Positions 13,993 through 26,210 of a stretch of DNA of 64,000 bases are shown piece after piece. Positions within the stretch are counted from its first letter, which is position 1; every line of letters begins with the position of its first letter. Origin of the DNA: Paragordius varius. Taxonomy: Eukaryota > Animalia > Nematomorpha. The translations under genes and the position numbers were made by a program. Location: positions 14,384,001 through 14,448,000 of the forward strand of contig OZ176051.1 of the NCBI GenBank assembly GCA_964247055.1, written 5' to 3'. The notes below the pieces were generated by a model. That model had not been told where the DNA came from. It did not search any database and saw only the letters and a list, made by a program, of their open reading frames with translations.

Positions 13993-15112
13993 AAACAGTC
14001 TAATGGTTTTTTGGTTTTAAGGCTTACTAGTCATTTGAGAATATAGTTTTATTTTTCTGCTAATTGCATCTTGAAAAAAAAGACAAAATTAGCGCATATT
14101 ATTGAATATTTTTATGAAAGCTGCTTCCTTTCAAAAAATAAATATAAACTACACATAAATCAAAGCCATATTTATTCAAAAGTTGAGGTGTGTGTTGCAA
14201 TGGTCTCTAATTTTCATGGGCTAGTTTTCTTAATATAAGGGGAAATTGTGAATTGCACAATAATAGTAAACTATGCTAGATTCGGACATCAAAAACGGTT
14301 TCATCTTATCTAAAAGCAGACTTTGCTTAGGCAACGTATTTTGTTTTTGGACGGAAGTATCATCAAACATATGTATTATATATTTATACAATAAAATGAG
14401 CATTGATTTTGGGATTTTTTGATATAGAACGATCGGCCAAAAGTCAAAGTAACTCGCTTAAATCACGTAAGGCTTGAATCAAAATATTATCAAATATTTA
14501 TATTTCATTAGGCTATTTATCAATATCCTATTTTCTCTTGTATATAAATAACCTAGTAGACAATTTAGGTTACCCTTTAATAAAAAAGGAAAAAAGAGTC
14601 TATAACCTGTATATATATATATATAACCTAGTTACTTTAGGTATCCCTAGCAAGACACAAAAATTTATTAGCGTTTTTTTAGTACCCCCGGGTATGGCCC
14701 TACTATCTGTATAATCCGCCACATTGGGATAATATCGATTTTATAAAAAAATCATATTGTTTCTCATTTTAACGATATTTTTAAACCAAAAGGTGTTTAT
14801 TTATTATTTGGAAATACGTTTTACAATAGGTAAAACAACTTAGTGAACGATCATTTTTATATTTGAACATAAGTTTTTTGTTTAACTGAACACACACAAT
14901 TATATAAAGATAAAATATTGAATTCGGTAATATACATAATGTAACTTTTTATTTTAATCTATATTAAATGTTAATTGTATTTCATATTTATATTTTCGGA
15001 GTATATTCATTTTTTTTTTATCCTTCCATTCAAAAATGGCCCAGTCAGTTGAAAAGTTATCCCAAGCAATCGAAACATTTTCCCAGTCAATAAAAACATT
15101 TTATAAATAAAA

Positions 15113-16886
15113 CTAGCGTAAATCTCGTGCTGCTACGCAGCCCTAGGAGGCCCTTCGGACTTCTGGGGGGCTATTTGAAAAAAGGTACAATAAAATGATC
15201 CACATATATGAATTATTTTGAAACATTATTTAATAGCTATGATCTCATAGGAATTTCAAAACGGTGCATTCATACTAATATATTGTTTACTTGGGCGAAA
15301 AATAGATTTAAAAAATTATTTTTGTGGATTTAGTTTTGTGAAAAAAATGGATTTTATGGGGGGAGCGGGTAAAAAGAGGGCCTAAAATAAAAAGGCGAGA
15401 CGACTATGTTCGGCGCAATCGAAAATAACAAAACAAAAATAATGGCATTTTACGGGGGGAGCGGGAAAGAGTACCTAAATTAAAAAAGCGAGACGACTAT
15501 GTTAGCAATCGAAAAGAAGTAAACAAAATCATATTTGAAATTGAATAATTCAGCACGTTCTCCGGAAAATTGTCTCAAAGACACGATTTTTGTGGACTTC
15601 TGTTTTCAAAAAAACCCATTTTTTACACGGGGTGGGCCTGAACTGGGGGCCTAATTCAAAAAAAGGGCGAAGCTATTGTCGGGGCATTCATTAATGATTA
15701 TTTTTCTATATTTGGATTTAAATGGGTCCACCGGTTTTCCGGTACTAGATCACAAAGCCACATGACGGATCAGTTTTTCGCGGGTAGCTTCTTACCCAGC
15801 AGCTATCATCAAAGAAGCGCTTGACTAAAATTATTGCCTTTTAACAGGGAATACGTAGAATCCTTTTAATTTTTACGGTCTACCTTTGAGGAAAAATAGA
15901 TTTAAAAAAATTATTTTGTGAACTTTGTTTTTTGAAAAAAATGGCATTTTACGCGGGAGCGGGTAAAAAGAGGGCCTAAAATAAAAAAGCGAGACGACTA
16001 TGTTCGGCGCAATCGAAAATAACTAAACAAAAATAATGGCATTTTACGGGGGGAGCGGGAAAGAGTACCTAAATTAAAGAAGCGAGACGACTATGTTAGC
16101 AATCGAAAAGAAGTAAACAAAAATCATATTTGAAATTGAATAATTCAACACGTTCTCCGGAAAATTGTCTCAAAGACACGATTTTTGTGTACTTCTGTTT
16201 TCAAAAAAAACCCATTTTTTACACGGGGTGGGCCCGAACTGGGGGCCAAATTAAAAAAAAGGGCAAAGCTTTTGTCGGGGCATTCATTAATCATTATAAA
16301 TTTTCGATATTTGGATTTAAATGGGTCTACCGGTTTTCCGGTACTAGATCACAAAGCCACATGACGGATCAGTTTTTCGCGTGTAGCTCCTTACCCAGCA
16401 GCTATCATCAAAGAAACGCTTGACTAAAATTTTTGCCTTTTAACAGGGAATACGTGGAATCCTTAGTGAATTTTTACGGTCTCATATCTTGGGCGAAAAT
16501 TAGAATCAAAAAATTATTTTTATGGATTTTGTTTTTTTAAAAAAATGGCATTTTACGGGAGAAGGGCCTAAAAAAATGCGAGCCGACTATGTTTGGCGCT
16601 ATCGATTATAACTAAACAAAAATTATATTTGAAATTGAATGGTCCAACACGTTCTCCGAAAAATTGTCTCAAAGACACGATTTTTGTGGACTTCTGTTTT
16701 CAATAAAACCCATTTTTTACACGGGGTAGGCCTGAACTGGGGGCCTTCAAAAAAAGGGCGAAGCTATTGTCGGGGTATTATTAATGATTATATTTTTTTG
16801 ATATTTGGATTTGAATGAGTCTACCGGTTTTCCTGTACCAGATCACAAAGCCAGCATTTTCCATTTTTATAAATATATAAATGAGA
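15113..16886 (-). mobile_element. Non-autonomous Helitron
   Basis: On the minus strand it starts A|TCTCATTTATATATTTATAAAAATGG (16886) and ends with hairpin GCTGC-GTA-GCAGC, a ~12-nt spacer and CTAG|T (15113). AT target, no TSD. Removing it rejoins two halves of a CCCAGTCAAT-family repeat. Confidence 0.78.
15295..16855 (+). repeat. Tandem array of ~595-bp units (two full, one shortened) with internal subrepeats, inside the Helitron
   Basis: Unit start GGCGAAAAATAGATTTAAAAAATTATTT recurs at ~15295, ~15890 and ~16493. Internal motif TGGCATTTTACGGGGG...GCGAGACGACTATGT recurs within each unit. Confidence 0.92.
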
Positions 16887-17780
16887 TAACATCAAAAAAA
16901 GATATAAAATGACTTTTATCAAAGGCATATTAATTTTTTCTATAAATGCATACACAATCATTAATGAATTATTTTTAAAAGTTATATTTTATTAAAATGA
17001 GTATTTTATGGTTTTTGATATAAAAAATATTATATTTTTTTATTTTACCAATTGAAATCAATTCGCATTAATATTTTGGATTAATTTTGAATAACTACAG
17101 TATCGGATGAAATTATAAAATTAAAAAAATTCACCATTTGCATCTCAATTTTGTCATACTTCAAATTAGTTTTTTAATCTGAAACTTTACCTTAATTTAT
17201 AAAATATGTTTATCTTTTAATTAAATATTATTTTTTATTGAATATTTTATTTTAACTTTTTTCGCCTAAGAAATATTTTTTGTTTAGAAATTTTTTTACA
17301 GTATTTATATCAACAAACTTCTATTAAAAACCAATTTAAAGCGTTTTACATGACCAAATAGAGTAAATTGTATTTCTTTAAAAGTTTTATTATTTTATCT
17401 GAACTAAAAATATTTTTAGGCTACCGAATATTAATGAAAAATATGAAAAATCTAATAATTTTTTTAAAAAATATTAAAACCATAAAATATTCATTAAGTT
17501 ACTAAAAAACTTATAAGTCAATAATGATAGTGTATTGGCATATAGTAAAAAAATTGTTACTCAATAATTTTGTCTTTATAAAAATTTTACCCTATTGATA
17601 TGCTCATAAAAGTTATTTTTATATCTTGTTTGGATGTTTATCATCTAAGAAACCGTTTTTATTGACTGGGAAATGTTGTTATTGACTAAGAAAATGTTTT
17701 GATAGACTGGTTCGTTTCGATTGATTGGGAAAATTTCGATTGTCTGGGAAAACTTTTTTTCTGGTAGGTGGTTATGGTAG
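16887..17780. repeat. Foldback/MITE-like repeat family with ~22-nt CCCAGTCAAT / ATTGACTGGG subrepeats
   Basis: Forward arm ~15030-15112 plus 16887-17050, inverted arm ~17400-17760; same family at 33600-35350. Confidence 0.6.
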
Positions 17781-18015
17781 ATAATATTGATATATTAAAT
17801 TAATATTTATTTATGTACCATATTAAAAAATTTTTACTTTCTTCGTCTTAAAATATTTTTGTAACAGTGACGCCATTTTAAGGGTCTGTGAACGATGAAA
17901 TGTGTGTAACTTTGTGACTTTTATAGAGCAATTATAACTTTCTAACAAGTTGCAAGGCCCCAAACTATACCATATAAATCCTCATGCGGTATTTTACACG
18001 GGATTTATATCCATG

Positions 18016-18056
<41 letters not shown>

Positions 18057-18685
18057 CAGGTTATTTTTTATGTAGGAATTATACTTATCACTTGGATTCT
18101 AATTGGGTATCGAATACCCTGGACATATTTAAGTTGATATTATTAAAAAACTCCTGAAAAAAACAATTTTGCTCATATCCTTATAAAAAATATATAAATA
18201 AGCCAAAGTTTTGGGAACAAAGTTCCGCAAACTACAGGGACGCTATTTTTATTTGACATCATTTTACAAAATATCGTGTATATTTGATTTTGAGCCCAAA
18301 ACTAATTTTAAATTTGTATAGTCACATTTAACCTTTATCAGAAAAAGTGGTATATTTTACATTATGTATTTAGCTTATGCAGACATATCCTGTTAGCCAA
18401 AATTTACCTTTAGGTTGTACCTCTAAATAAGTAATAACAAGTATTTTTAATTTTTTGCTTTATATTTCGGTACATTAACCATGGTTTCGATTTATTCTAT
18501 ATTTTTTAGAAAATAAATTTAAACAAGCCTGGCCAAAAATCGAAATTATTATTAGTTTTCGCTCTATTCTTAATTATAGCATATGATAGATTCAACATAT
18601 ATTTTCGTATTTGATAAAATAAAAATTAATTGACAAAAAAGGGCTATTATACAGTGATACAAAAATTGAGCTGATGAAATATATA

Positions 18686-20391
18686 TGTTAATTGGTTATA
18701 ACCTTAAGTTATATTATTATTATTTATTATATAATTTATATGACATTGTATGTACAAGTATTCTAATTATAGTTGCCAACTTTATAACCTTAAGTTAAAT
18801 TATACGACATTGTATTTAATAAGTAATCTAATGACTATTATATATATGGATATTTTATATGACATTGTATTTGATACAAATAGTATTCTAATTTATTATT
18901 GTAATTTATCCTTGCTAAAATATATAAATACACCTATACCAACACTGAGCAATCAGTTAATAAATGTACTTAATTTGAGTTATTAATTCATATGTCGTCT
19001 CTATTCTAAACACATTATTTGGTAAATTTAAAGCAAATGCACGGATCCAAGGGAGACCAAAAATTAATGGCCGATCTCCCTCGGTTACAAAACATTCAAG
19101 GGTTTTTGTCATACCGTTCATTGTTACGCGCAATTCGGTTTTACCCATGGTCGGGATAGTTTCATTATTGTATGTGGATAGTCTTTGTCCTACCTCCAGT
19201 CGTGGTTGTCCTGTTGATTTCCAGCATCTCTCATTGATAACTGTCACATCCGCACCGGTGTCAAACAACATTGATGTTTCTATTCCGTTAAGTTGCACTG
19301 TTATCGTTGGGCCCATCCCCGTTGAATTTGTCACTGCCCGAATACCTGGTTTGGTGGGATATTTGGTTCGGCAATACTTTGCAAAATGGTTGTATTTTCC
19401 GCACTTATAGCATCGTTGACCCTTTGCACTGCATTTATCGATTGCATGACATTTCCCACATCTTTGGCAGTCTCTTTGGTGTATGGTTCTTTCTTGGCGG
19501 ATTTTCAGCACCTTCGGTTCAATCACTTCGAGGGAATGCGCCATATCAATTACCATTTGTAGTGACACTGGTTCGCCTTCATTTTGACCCGTGGGGAATC
19601 TTATATGTAATTCCCGTTCTAGGATTGGCATATTTAGTCCTATCAAGAAAATATCTCTTAATAAGTATGAGATATTGCCTTCAAAATCACAATCGTCAGC
19701 TAGTACTTTTAATCTTTCCATATAACTCATGATTGGTTCGCCTTCTTGTCTGGTTGTTTTAAAGAATTCTTTACGACTCAGCCATATGCTTTTGTCCGGG
19801 GCAAAGATTTGCATTGCCAATTTTTGAATTTGAGCCCATGTCATCTCCTCTATTTTCGTAGGAAACGCTTGGTTTTCCAGTTTAGAGATTGTGCGTAGTC
19901 CTGCATAGGCCAGGAATAAGTTTTTTAATATTTCATCATTTGGATTAATGTTTTTAGCGATTAGATACGATTCACGTGCTTTAAGTATTGTTTAAAATTA
20001 GTGTTTGGATCGTATTCGTTAATACTGATTTTGGAAATTTCGTCCATTAACGGCACCAATAATGTGTTTAGGATAGAGACGACATATGAATTAATAACTC
20101 AAATTAAGTACATTTATTAACTGATTGCTCAGTGTTGGTATAGGTGTATTTATATATTTTAGCAAGGATAAATTACAATAATAAATTAGAATACTATTTG
20201 TATCAAATACAATGTCATATAAAATATCCATATATATAATAGTCATTAGATTACTTATTAAATACAATGTCGTATAATTTAACTTAAGGTTATAAAGTTG
20301 GCAACTATAATTAGAATACTTGTACATACAATGTCATATAAATTATATAATAAATAATAATAATATAACTTAAGGTTATAACCAATTAACA
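18686..20391 (-). mobile_element. Gypsy-derived Gag-protease element bounded by inverted 327-bp LTRs
   Basis: 18686-19012 and 20065-20391 are near-perfect reverse complements (TGTT...AACA, with TATA-like and AATAAA motifs). PBS TGGTGCCG at 20058-20051. Flanks ATATA|TG...CA|ATATA. No RT, integrase or recombinase. Confidence 0.9.
18957..20047 (-). CDS. Retrotransposon Gag plus aspartic protease (one -1 frameshift near 19980)
   Basis: ATG at 20047 (MDEISKISINEYDP) directly after the PBS. ORF 18957-19844 has RQEGEPIMSY.ERLK.LA..C.F, zinc knuckles CQRCGKCH and CYKCGKYNHFAKYC, protease LFDTGADVT and LIFGLPWIRAF, then runs into the inverted LTR. Confidence 0.88.
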
Positions 20392-21615
20392 ATATATATA
20401 TTTATAATGATCTGATAGGAAAATCTATCAGGAATGATGCTTTTGGTTTTGGTCATTACGATTTATTTAAAATTATTTAAACTTTTGTGGTAGGAGCATA
20501 TCAAAAAATAGCAAACCTACTTCCTAGATAATTTTTTTTGGAGAAAGCTAGAGGCTCACCAAAAAATATGACTAAAATATATCATAAAATACATGTAAAA
20601 AACCAATATTTTCAAAAAATTTTAATTTTTATATATGTGCGAAAGTCACAAGTTTTTACGCTCTTTTAAACTGGACTAACCTCTTAAATAAAGGCAAAAA
20701 TTTAGCATCAACAAATTATTTAAAAAAGTATTTTATTATATCTTAAAGCCTTTTTAAACCGTTTCATCATGCCTCAAAAGAGTATGAAGTACATTCAACA
20801 AAATTTTTCTAAAAATTAAATTTTTGAAAAAGGTATGCATTTTGTTAAAAATATTTTAATTGAATCAAAATTTTGCATATCTTAAAAATTTTTATGACGC
20901 CTGTCCGGCGTTTTTTCGTTTAATTTTAGAGGACAAGACCATTTTAAAGGGTAATAAATTTGGGAATTTCGGAGCCCACATCTAAAAATAAAAATATTTA
21001 AAAATATTATTTTGCTTTTCATATGTTGTATAATATATTTTAGTGATATTTTTTGGAATGAGGCATTTAACTTTTATAAAAATTTTACAAAATGTGCTCA
21101 AATTTGGCCATTTTCTAAACGGAGCCCCACCTACCACAAAAGTGTAAATAACTTTCTTAAATCAATAAAGACCAAAACCAAAAACACCGTGAAACTCCTA
21201 ATTCATTTACCTATCAGAATATATATCAGGTTATTTTTTTATACCCCCCGATTTCGGACGCAGTTTTATAATAAGGACTTAGTTTTAATATAATTCTTAA
21301 TGTACGATCAATTTTTATGACTTGCATTGGCTCAATTGCAAAAATATGGATTTATTATAAAATCAAAAGGATCCATCGAGCTTAATTAATGATTTAAAAC
21401 TCTAAAACTTGATCAAATGGCCAAAATAAACGTTAACTCTAATATGTGATCGAATATATAATAATTAGAATTTATTGTCGAAATATTAGACATATTGATT
21501 ATACGATAGATTTGTATTTAATAAATTGATATTAAAAGTTTTTTCGCACTTCTCTTCCCAACTACATTTTATTGATCAAAAATAACATAATAAATTGGAT
21601 TAAAGTTTTTTATTT

Positions 21616-24294
21616 TTAAAGTATAAGAAAGTGTGTTTGATAAAATTTTAATATTTTATTCCATTGTAGAGTTAGGAATTTTAAATCATATAAGTTAAAT
21701 GTACTAAATATAATCTTATTTAAGCTTGGTTGTTTAGTAGTTTTTTGTTTGGTAAATAGGAACGGGCCACTTCTATTATTAATAGTAATATTTGTATTGT
21801 TTGAGATTTGAGGTGTACTAGCTTGATTGTCTTGGAATTCAACGTAATCCTGCATGGAGTTTTCATTTGAGGTTGTTGGAGACCATGTATAGTTTGAACG
21901 TAAACCGTCAGAGAAGCGAGAATTTAATCTCCGCAACACAACACCAGAATGATTGGCAATAGTTCCAGTCACATGAACATCATCAATCCAAAAGTATGGA
22001 AAAAGCGGAGCCTGTAAAAATATTTTTGTAGCAGCGGGAACTGTAATTATAAAGGCCCAACCATGACAGTACGGAACATAGGTATCAGCTTGATACTCTG
22101 CCTTAGTGACGTACCATTTTGATCTCACATTTCGCAGGACTGGCACTTTAATCCATGCATTACACATAATAACGTGTTCCATGTAATCTTGTGGTAAGTT
22201 ATATATGTCTGTGTGATGGAAGCCATTATGTATGTTGGGCGAAGGGCCAGATAATGGATTCCAAATTTTAGCCCCTTTTCGCATATAATATGAGGTGATA
22301 GTTTCGTTGAGGAGGTTGCATGTATCACACATTGTTTTGCTAGCCTTGTTGTGTGTACTAATATTTGTATTTAAAGTCGGATATACCGATGGGCGTTTTT
22401 CTACGGGATATTCGTCAGAAACGCATTCATTTAATGTTCTGTTACGTGCAAAGTTTTGGGCCACATAAGTAAACGGTTCGATACTATCATACACCCATTC
22501 TCTATCCTCCGGTGTAAGGCCGCCAATAATTCCATCCTTAGTTTTCTGGGTGTTCATATATTTGGCGGTGAATATTTTAGCTTGTTCTATCACGTAACCC
22601 ATATTTTTTGGTGTTATATGGGTAAATTCTTCGCATGTTTGCCTGTTTCTAAAGAGGTTAGCATACAGTTGTGACATGGCCTTATATTTGTTTAATATGG
22701 TAAAAACCGTGAAAATTTCAACAAAAATATCATCATCGATCTTCAGGACATAATCGGCATAAGGGCACTGTTCGCTTATCCACTTAAAACCCATTATCAT
22801 TTTATATGTTAAATTTTTGTACGAATCAATAAAATCCCCCTGGACTATATCCCCATACTGAAGAGATTCGGTTTCTAGCAATCTTTGAGTTATTTTATTG
22901 ATAGATTCATTATTTTGATACATATTATAATTAAATTTGGTCGGCGATGGTGTTGTTGAAACATTTGCAAATACCGAGGAGTATATAGTTTTATTGTCAT
23001 AACTCTCAGCGTATTTTATAATGGGTTGTTTCCTTTGAATGGCTATGATAGAGTTAGGTACCATCGTAGATCGGTACGACTTTACATCCGGGACATATTC
23101 CTCACCCTCTATAAGCATGCGAGCCGTTAAAAAAACTAACCTTAGGTTCATATCCAAGAAAGTCATGTTCCCAATCAATATTGCAAACAAGGAGCGCAAC
23201 GTGTGACTCTTGATAATATTTTTATTTTCAAGGGCTAACGATTCCAAACTTGGGTAATTATAGGATGAATTTGCCCTCTGATGTCCTAAATATTTAATCG
23301 TGCCCCATGTTTGACGAATTATTTTGCGTTTCATAAAATTTTTAGGTGCTGAATGAATTAACACAACAAGATTGAGACGGTTTTCATTACCATTGCTGTT
23401 ACTATTTATGTTATCTTCTGTAGTTATTTGTTTCTTTAAACCACTTTGAAATATCTTGTTACCAACGGTTTTTGTTAGCATCTGAGGTATGGCCTCTTTT
23501 TTGTATAAATTTTCTTGGTTATTATCATTTTGTTTTTTCCTAAAATATTTATTTGTCAATGGTAATAATTTATTATCCTTATCGCATTCAGGATAACGAA
23601 CATTAATCAGGTAGCGAAATGTCGGAAGATCAATTAGTGGGTAATCTTGACTGATGTATTGGAATAACCTTGAGCCAAATTTATCATGTTCGGAATTATT
23701 CCGTGAATATATATAATTGAGTAATTCATTATTCTTTTTTATGGCACTTATGTTGACCGGTTGACCATACACAAAACAAATGTTAGTAATATTTTCAGGG
23801 TCCGAGAATGATTTTTCTTTCCTATATTTATTGCAAGTGATATCCTCATTCCCTTTATATTTTTGGATAGAATAGGGTGGAAATAATTGAAAAAATGACG
23901 GTAAAATTTGTTCCATAAGTGATTGTTGTGCTTGTCCCTTAAGATTAGGGGGTGTAAAATTGGCTAAATTATTTTTTCCATGTAATAATTTTACAGAATC
24001 TGTTTGATCGGGATTAATATCTTTTTTCCTGTGATATTTTTGGTTTGTTCCTATATCAAATACATTTTTTATTTGATACCAAATATATCGGTTATAAATG
24101 GCCGAAGGACTATAGTCCCCCTAAATGAAACCAGAAAGTGTGGACATTGAGGTAATGGCATTTATTGTTTTATCTATATTCTGTGGAGGTACGGACCGAT
24201 TTGAATCATACACCAGGTATATCATGGTTAAAGACACGAGGAGGCATGCCAAAACTAATTTGTTCCGTTTTGTGAAAATCCAAAAATTTTTCAT
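21616..24294 (-). CDS. GT31-family beta-1,3-glycosyltransferase (B3GALT/brainiac-like), type II membrane protein with large insertions
   Basis: 766-codon ORF with HSAPKNFMKRKIIRQTWG, ESLQYGDIVQGDFIDSYKNLTYK, KIDDDIFV, YCHG and WIDDVHVTG. In the same frame upstream, ATG 24294 encodes MKNFWIFTKRNK-LVLACLLVSLTMIYLVY (signal anchor), separated by one TAG at 24123-24121. Confidence 0.88.
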
Positions 24295-25129
24295 TGCTTA
24301 TAATAATTCAATTTTCTAGAATTAACTATCATGATACTCAATTAACATCAATTTTTTTGAAAAAAAAAAGAAAAATTATAATAATACACACCTAAAACCG
24401 GGGAAAATAGTCTAAAAATTTGTTTGTAATATCATATCAAACAAATTGTTTTTTATAGTAAAACTGGACAAACTACACTACACCTATAATTTTCAAAAAT
24501 GTATCTTATGATTAAAAAATAAATAAACAATAATAAATATTTTTGTCACAATTAGCGCTTTTCACTTCTAAATGTAAATTATTTAGTCACAAAATGACCT
24601 TTAAAACTTTTGGCATATTCGTATATTATATTTATTGTTGGCAACACATCTATGACGATAATACCATATTAAAGCCATTTATCAATTATTTTTTATAACA
24701 ATATTTTTTTGCTGACAAAATCAAATAATATATATATATTAATCAATGAACATTGAAAAATGAGTATAGATAAATTTATTTGTATACCTGATCATTAAAA
24801 ATTTATTTCACTTCCGTTAAAATAGACTAAATTTAGATATAGGAAATCATATATATTTATTTTATTAGCGAAATCTCAGCTTTGTAATATCCCTTTTAAA
24901 GAATTTCAAAAATTTTAGACCGGTATCATACAAAAAAATTAAGTTGCAACTTTGTTACTTTTTACTTGCAACTTACATTATAAAGTATTTAAGTTGGAGG
25001 CATTTTCTATAAAATCCTTATGTGCGCAGGTTTTAATTATTAACAATAAAGGATATAAAGTCTTCTATATTTATACCTTAAACCCAAAACTATGAGAGTG
25101 CTGATGGATTTTACACCATTTAATTATAT

Positions 25130-26210
25130 TTTAACCAGAAATAAGAAAAAAACACGGGGTTTTAATTGACATAGAGAAGGCGTTTGACAGGATTCCTAGA
25201 GAAACTATTTGGTGGAGTCTCCGTCTAAAAAGGTGCCAGAAAGCTATATTAAGTTGTTACAAATAATGTACGAATCACACAGTCCAGGATTAAAACCCCA
25301 CAAGGTTTATCAGAGCCCTTTGCAATAAAGCATGGGGTCTACAAAGGCTCATCACTCAGCCCCTTATTATTTATAATTTGTATGGACGAGGTAGTCAAGG
25401 TTGTTAATGTGAGTTCAGGATGGTACTTAATGTATGCAGATGACATAATCATCTTGTCTGATTCATTAATTGAGTTAAAGCGAACGGTAAACAGATGGGT
25501 TGTTACGCTGGATCAATATGGTCTGAAAGTAAACAAAGCAAAAACCGAACTTATTACTTTTGGGGGGTACACAATATGAAATGGTAGTTGATGATAGTTG
25601 GGTTCTGAAGGGTAAAGAAAATTGCAAATATCTGGGAGCTATGTTAAGTGCAGATGGTTCGTTGACTGATGATATTAATTTAATAATAAAGAGCAGCAGG
25701 GTAAATTGGAAGAAAATTTCGAGCGTGTTATGCGATCAAAATATTGATTTTAGAGTGAAAGGTTAGATTTACAGTTCAGTTGTCCAGCCCTCAATCATGT
25801 ATAATTCACAGACGTGGGGTGTCAAAAATCCGAAAAAAGACATTTTAACTTGACTGAAATGAAAATGTTCAGAATGATGTGTGGGGTAACAAGAAAGGAC
25901 AGAATTGAGAATAGATTTATTCGTGGGAGCACAGATATTAAACCAATAGTGGAAAGAATGTCAAAAAATAGGCTACGTTGGTTCAGGCACATTGAAAGGA
26001 GAGATTCTAATTATATTGTAAAAATAATAGATAGTCATATAGTTGAGGGAAAACGAGGACGTGGGCGGCCTAAAACAAAATGGATAGTTACAGTAAAAAG
26101 TGAGCTAGCAGAAAACGAGCTTAATGCAGAGGACGCCATAGATAGAGTTTAATGGCGAGACAGGTTGTATAACATGACCGCTCTAACATGTAATGTAATA
26201 ATAATAAATA
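25130..26210 (+). mobile_element. 5'-truncated RTE LINE copy
   Basis: Closely similar to 45640-46700 (GWYLMYADD, KYLGAMLSADG, RLRWFRHIERR) with stops and frameshifts; ends in a (TAA)n-like tail. 5' boundary approximate. Confidence 0.9.

Noticed and set aside
15295-16855. CRISPR-like repeat-spacer array
   Set aside because: Units are long whole-unit duplicates without unique spacers, in eukaryotic DNA with no cas genes.
18750-18986. 78-aa ORF and its mirror at 20091-20327
   Set aside because: Lies wholly in the AT-rich LTR and is low-complexity; used only as evidence of arm identity.
18686-20391. DIRS or Ginger element as explanation for the inverted termini
   Set aside because: No tyrosine recombinase, RT, internal complementary region or integrase-like transposase. 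The repeats have LTR anatomy with a PBS and Gypsy-type gag-PR.
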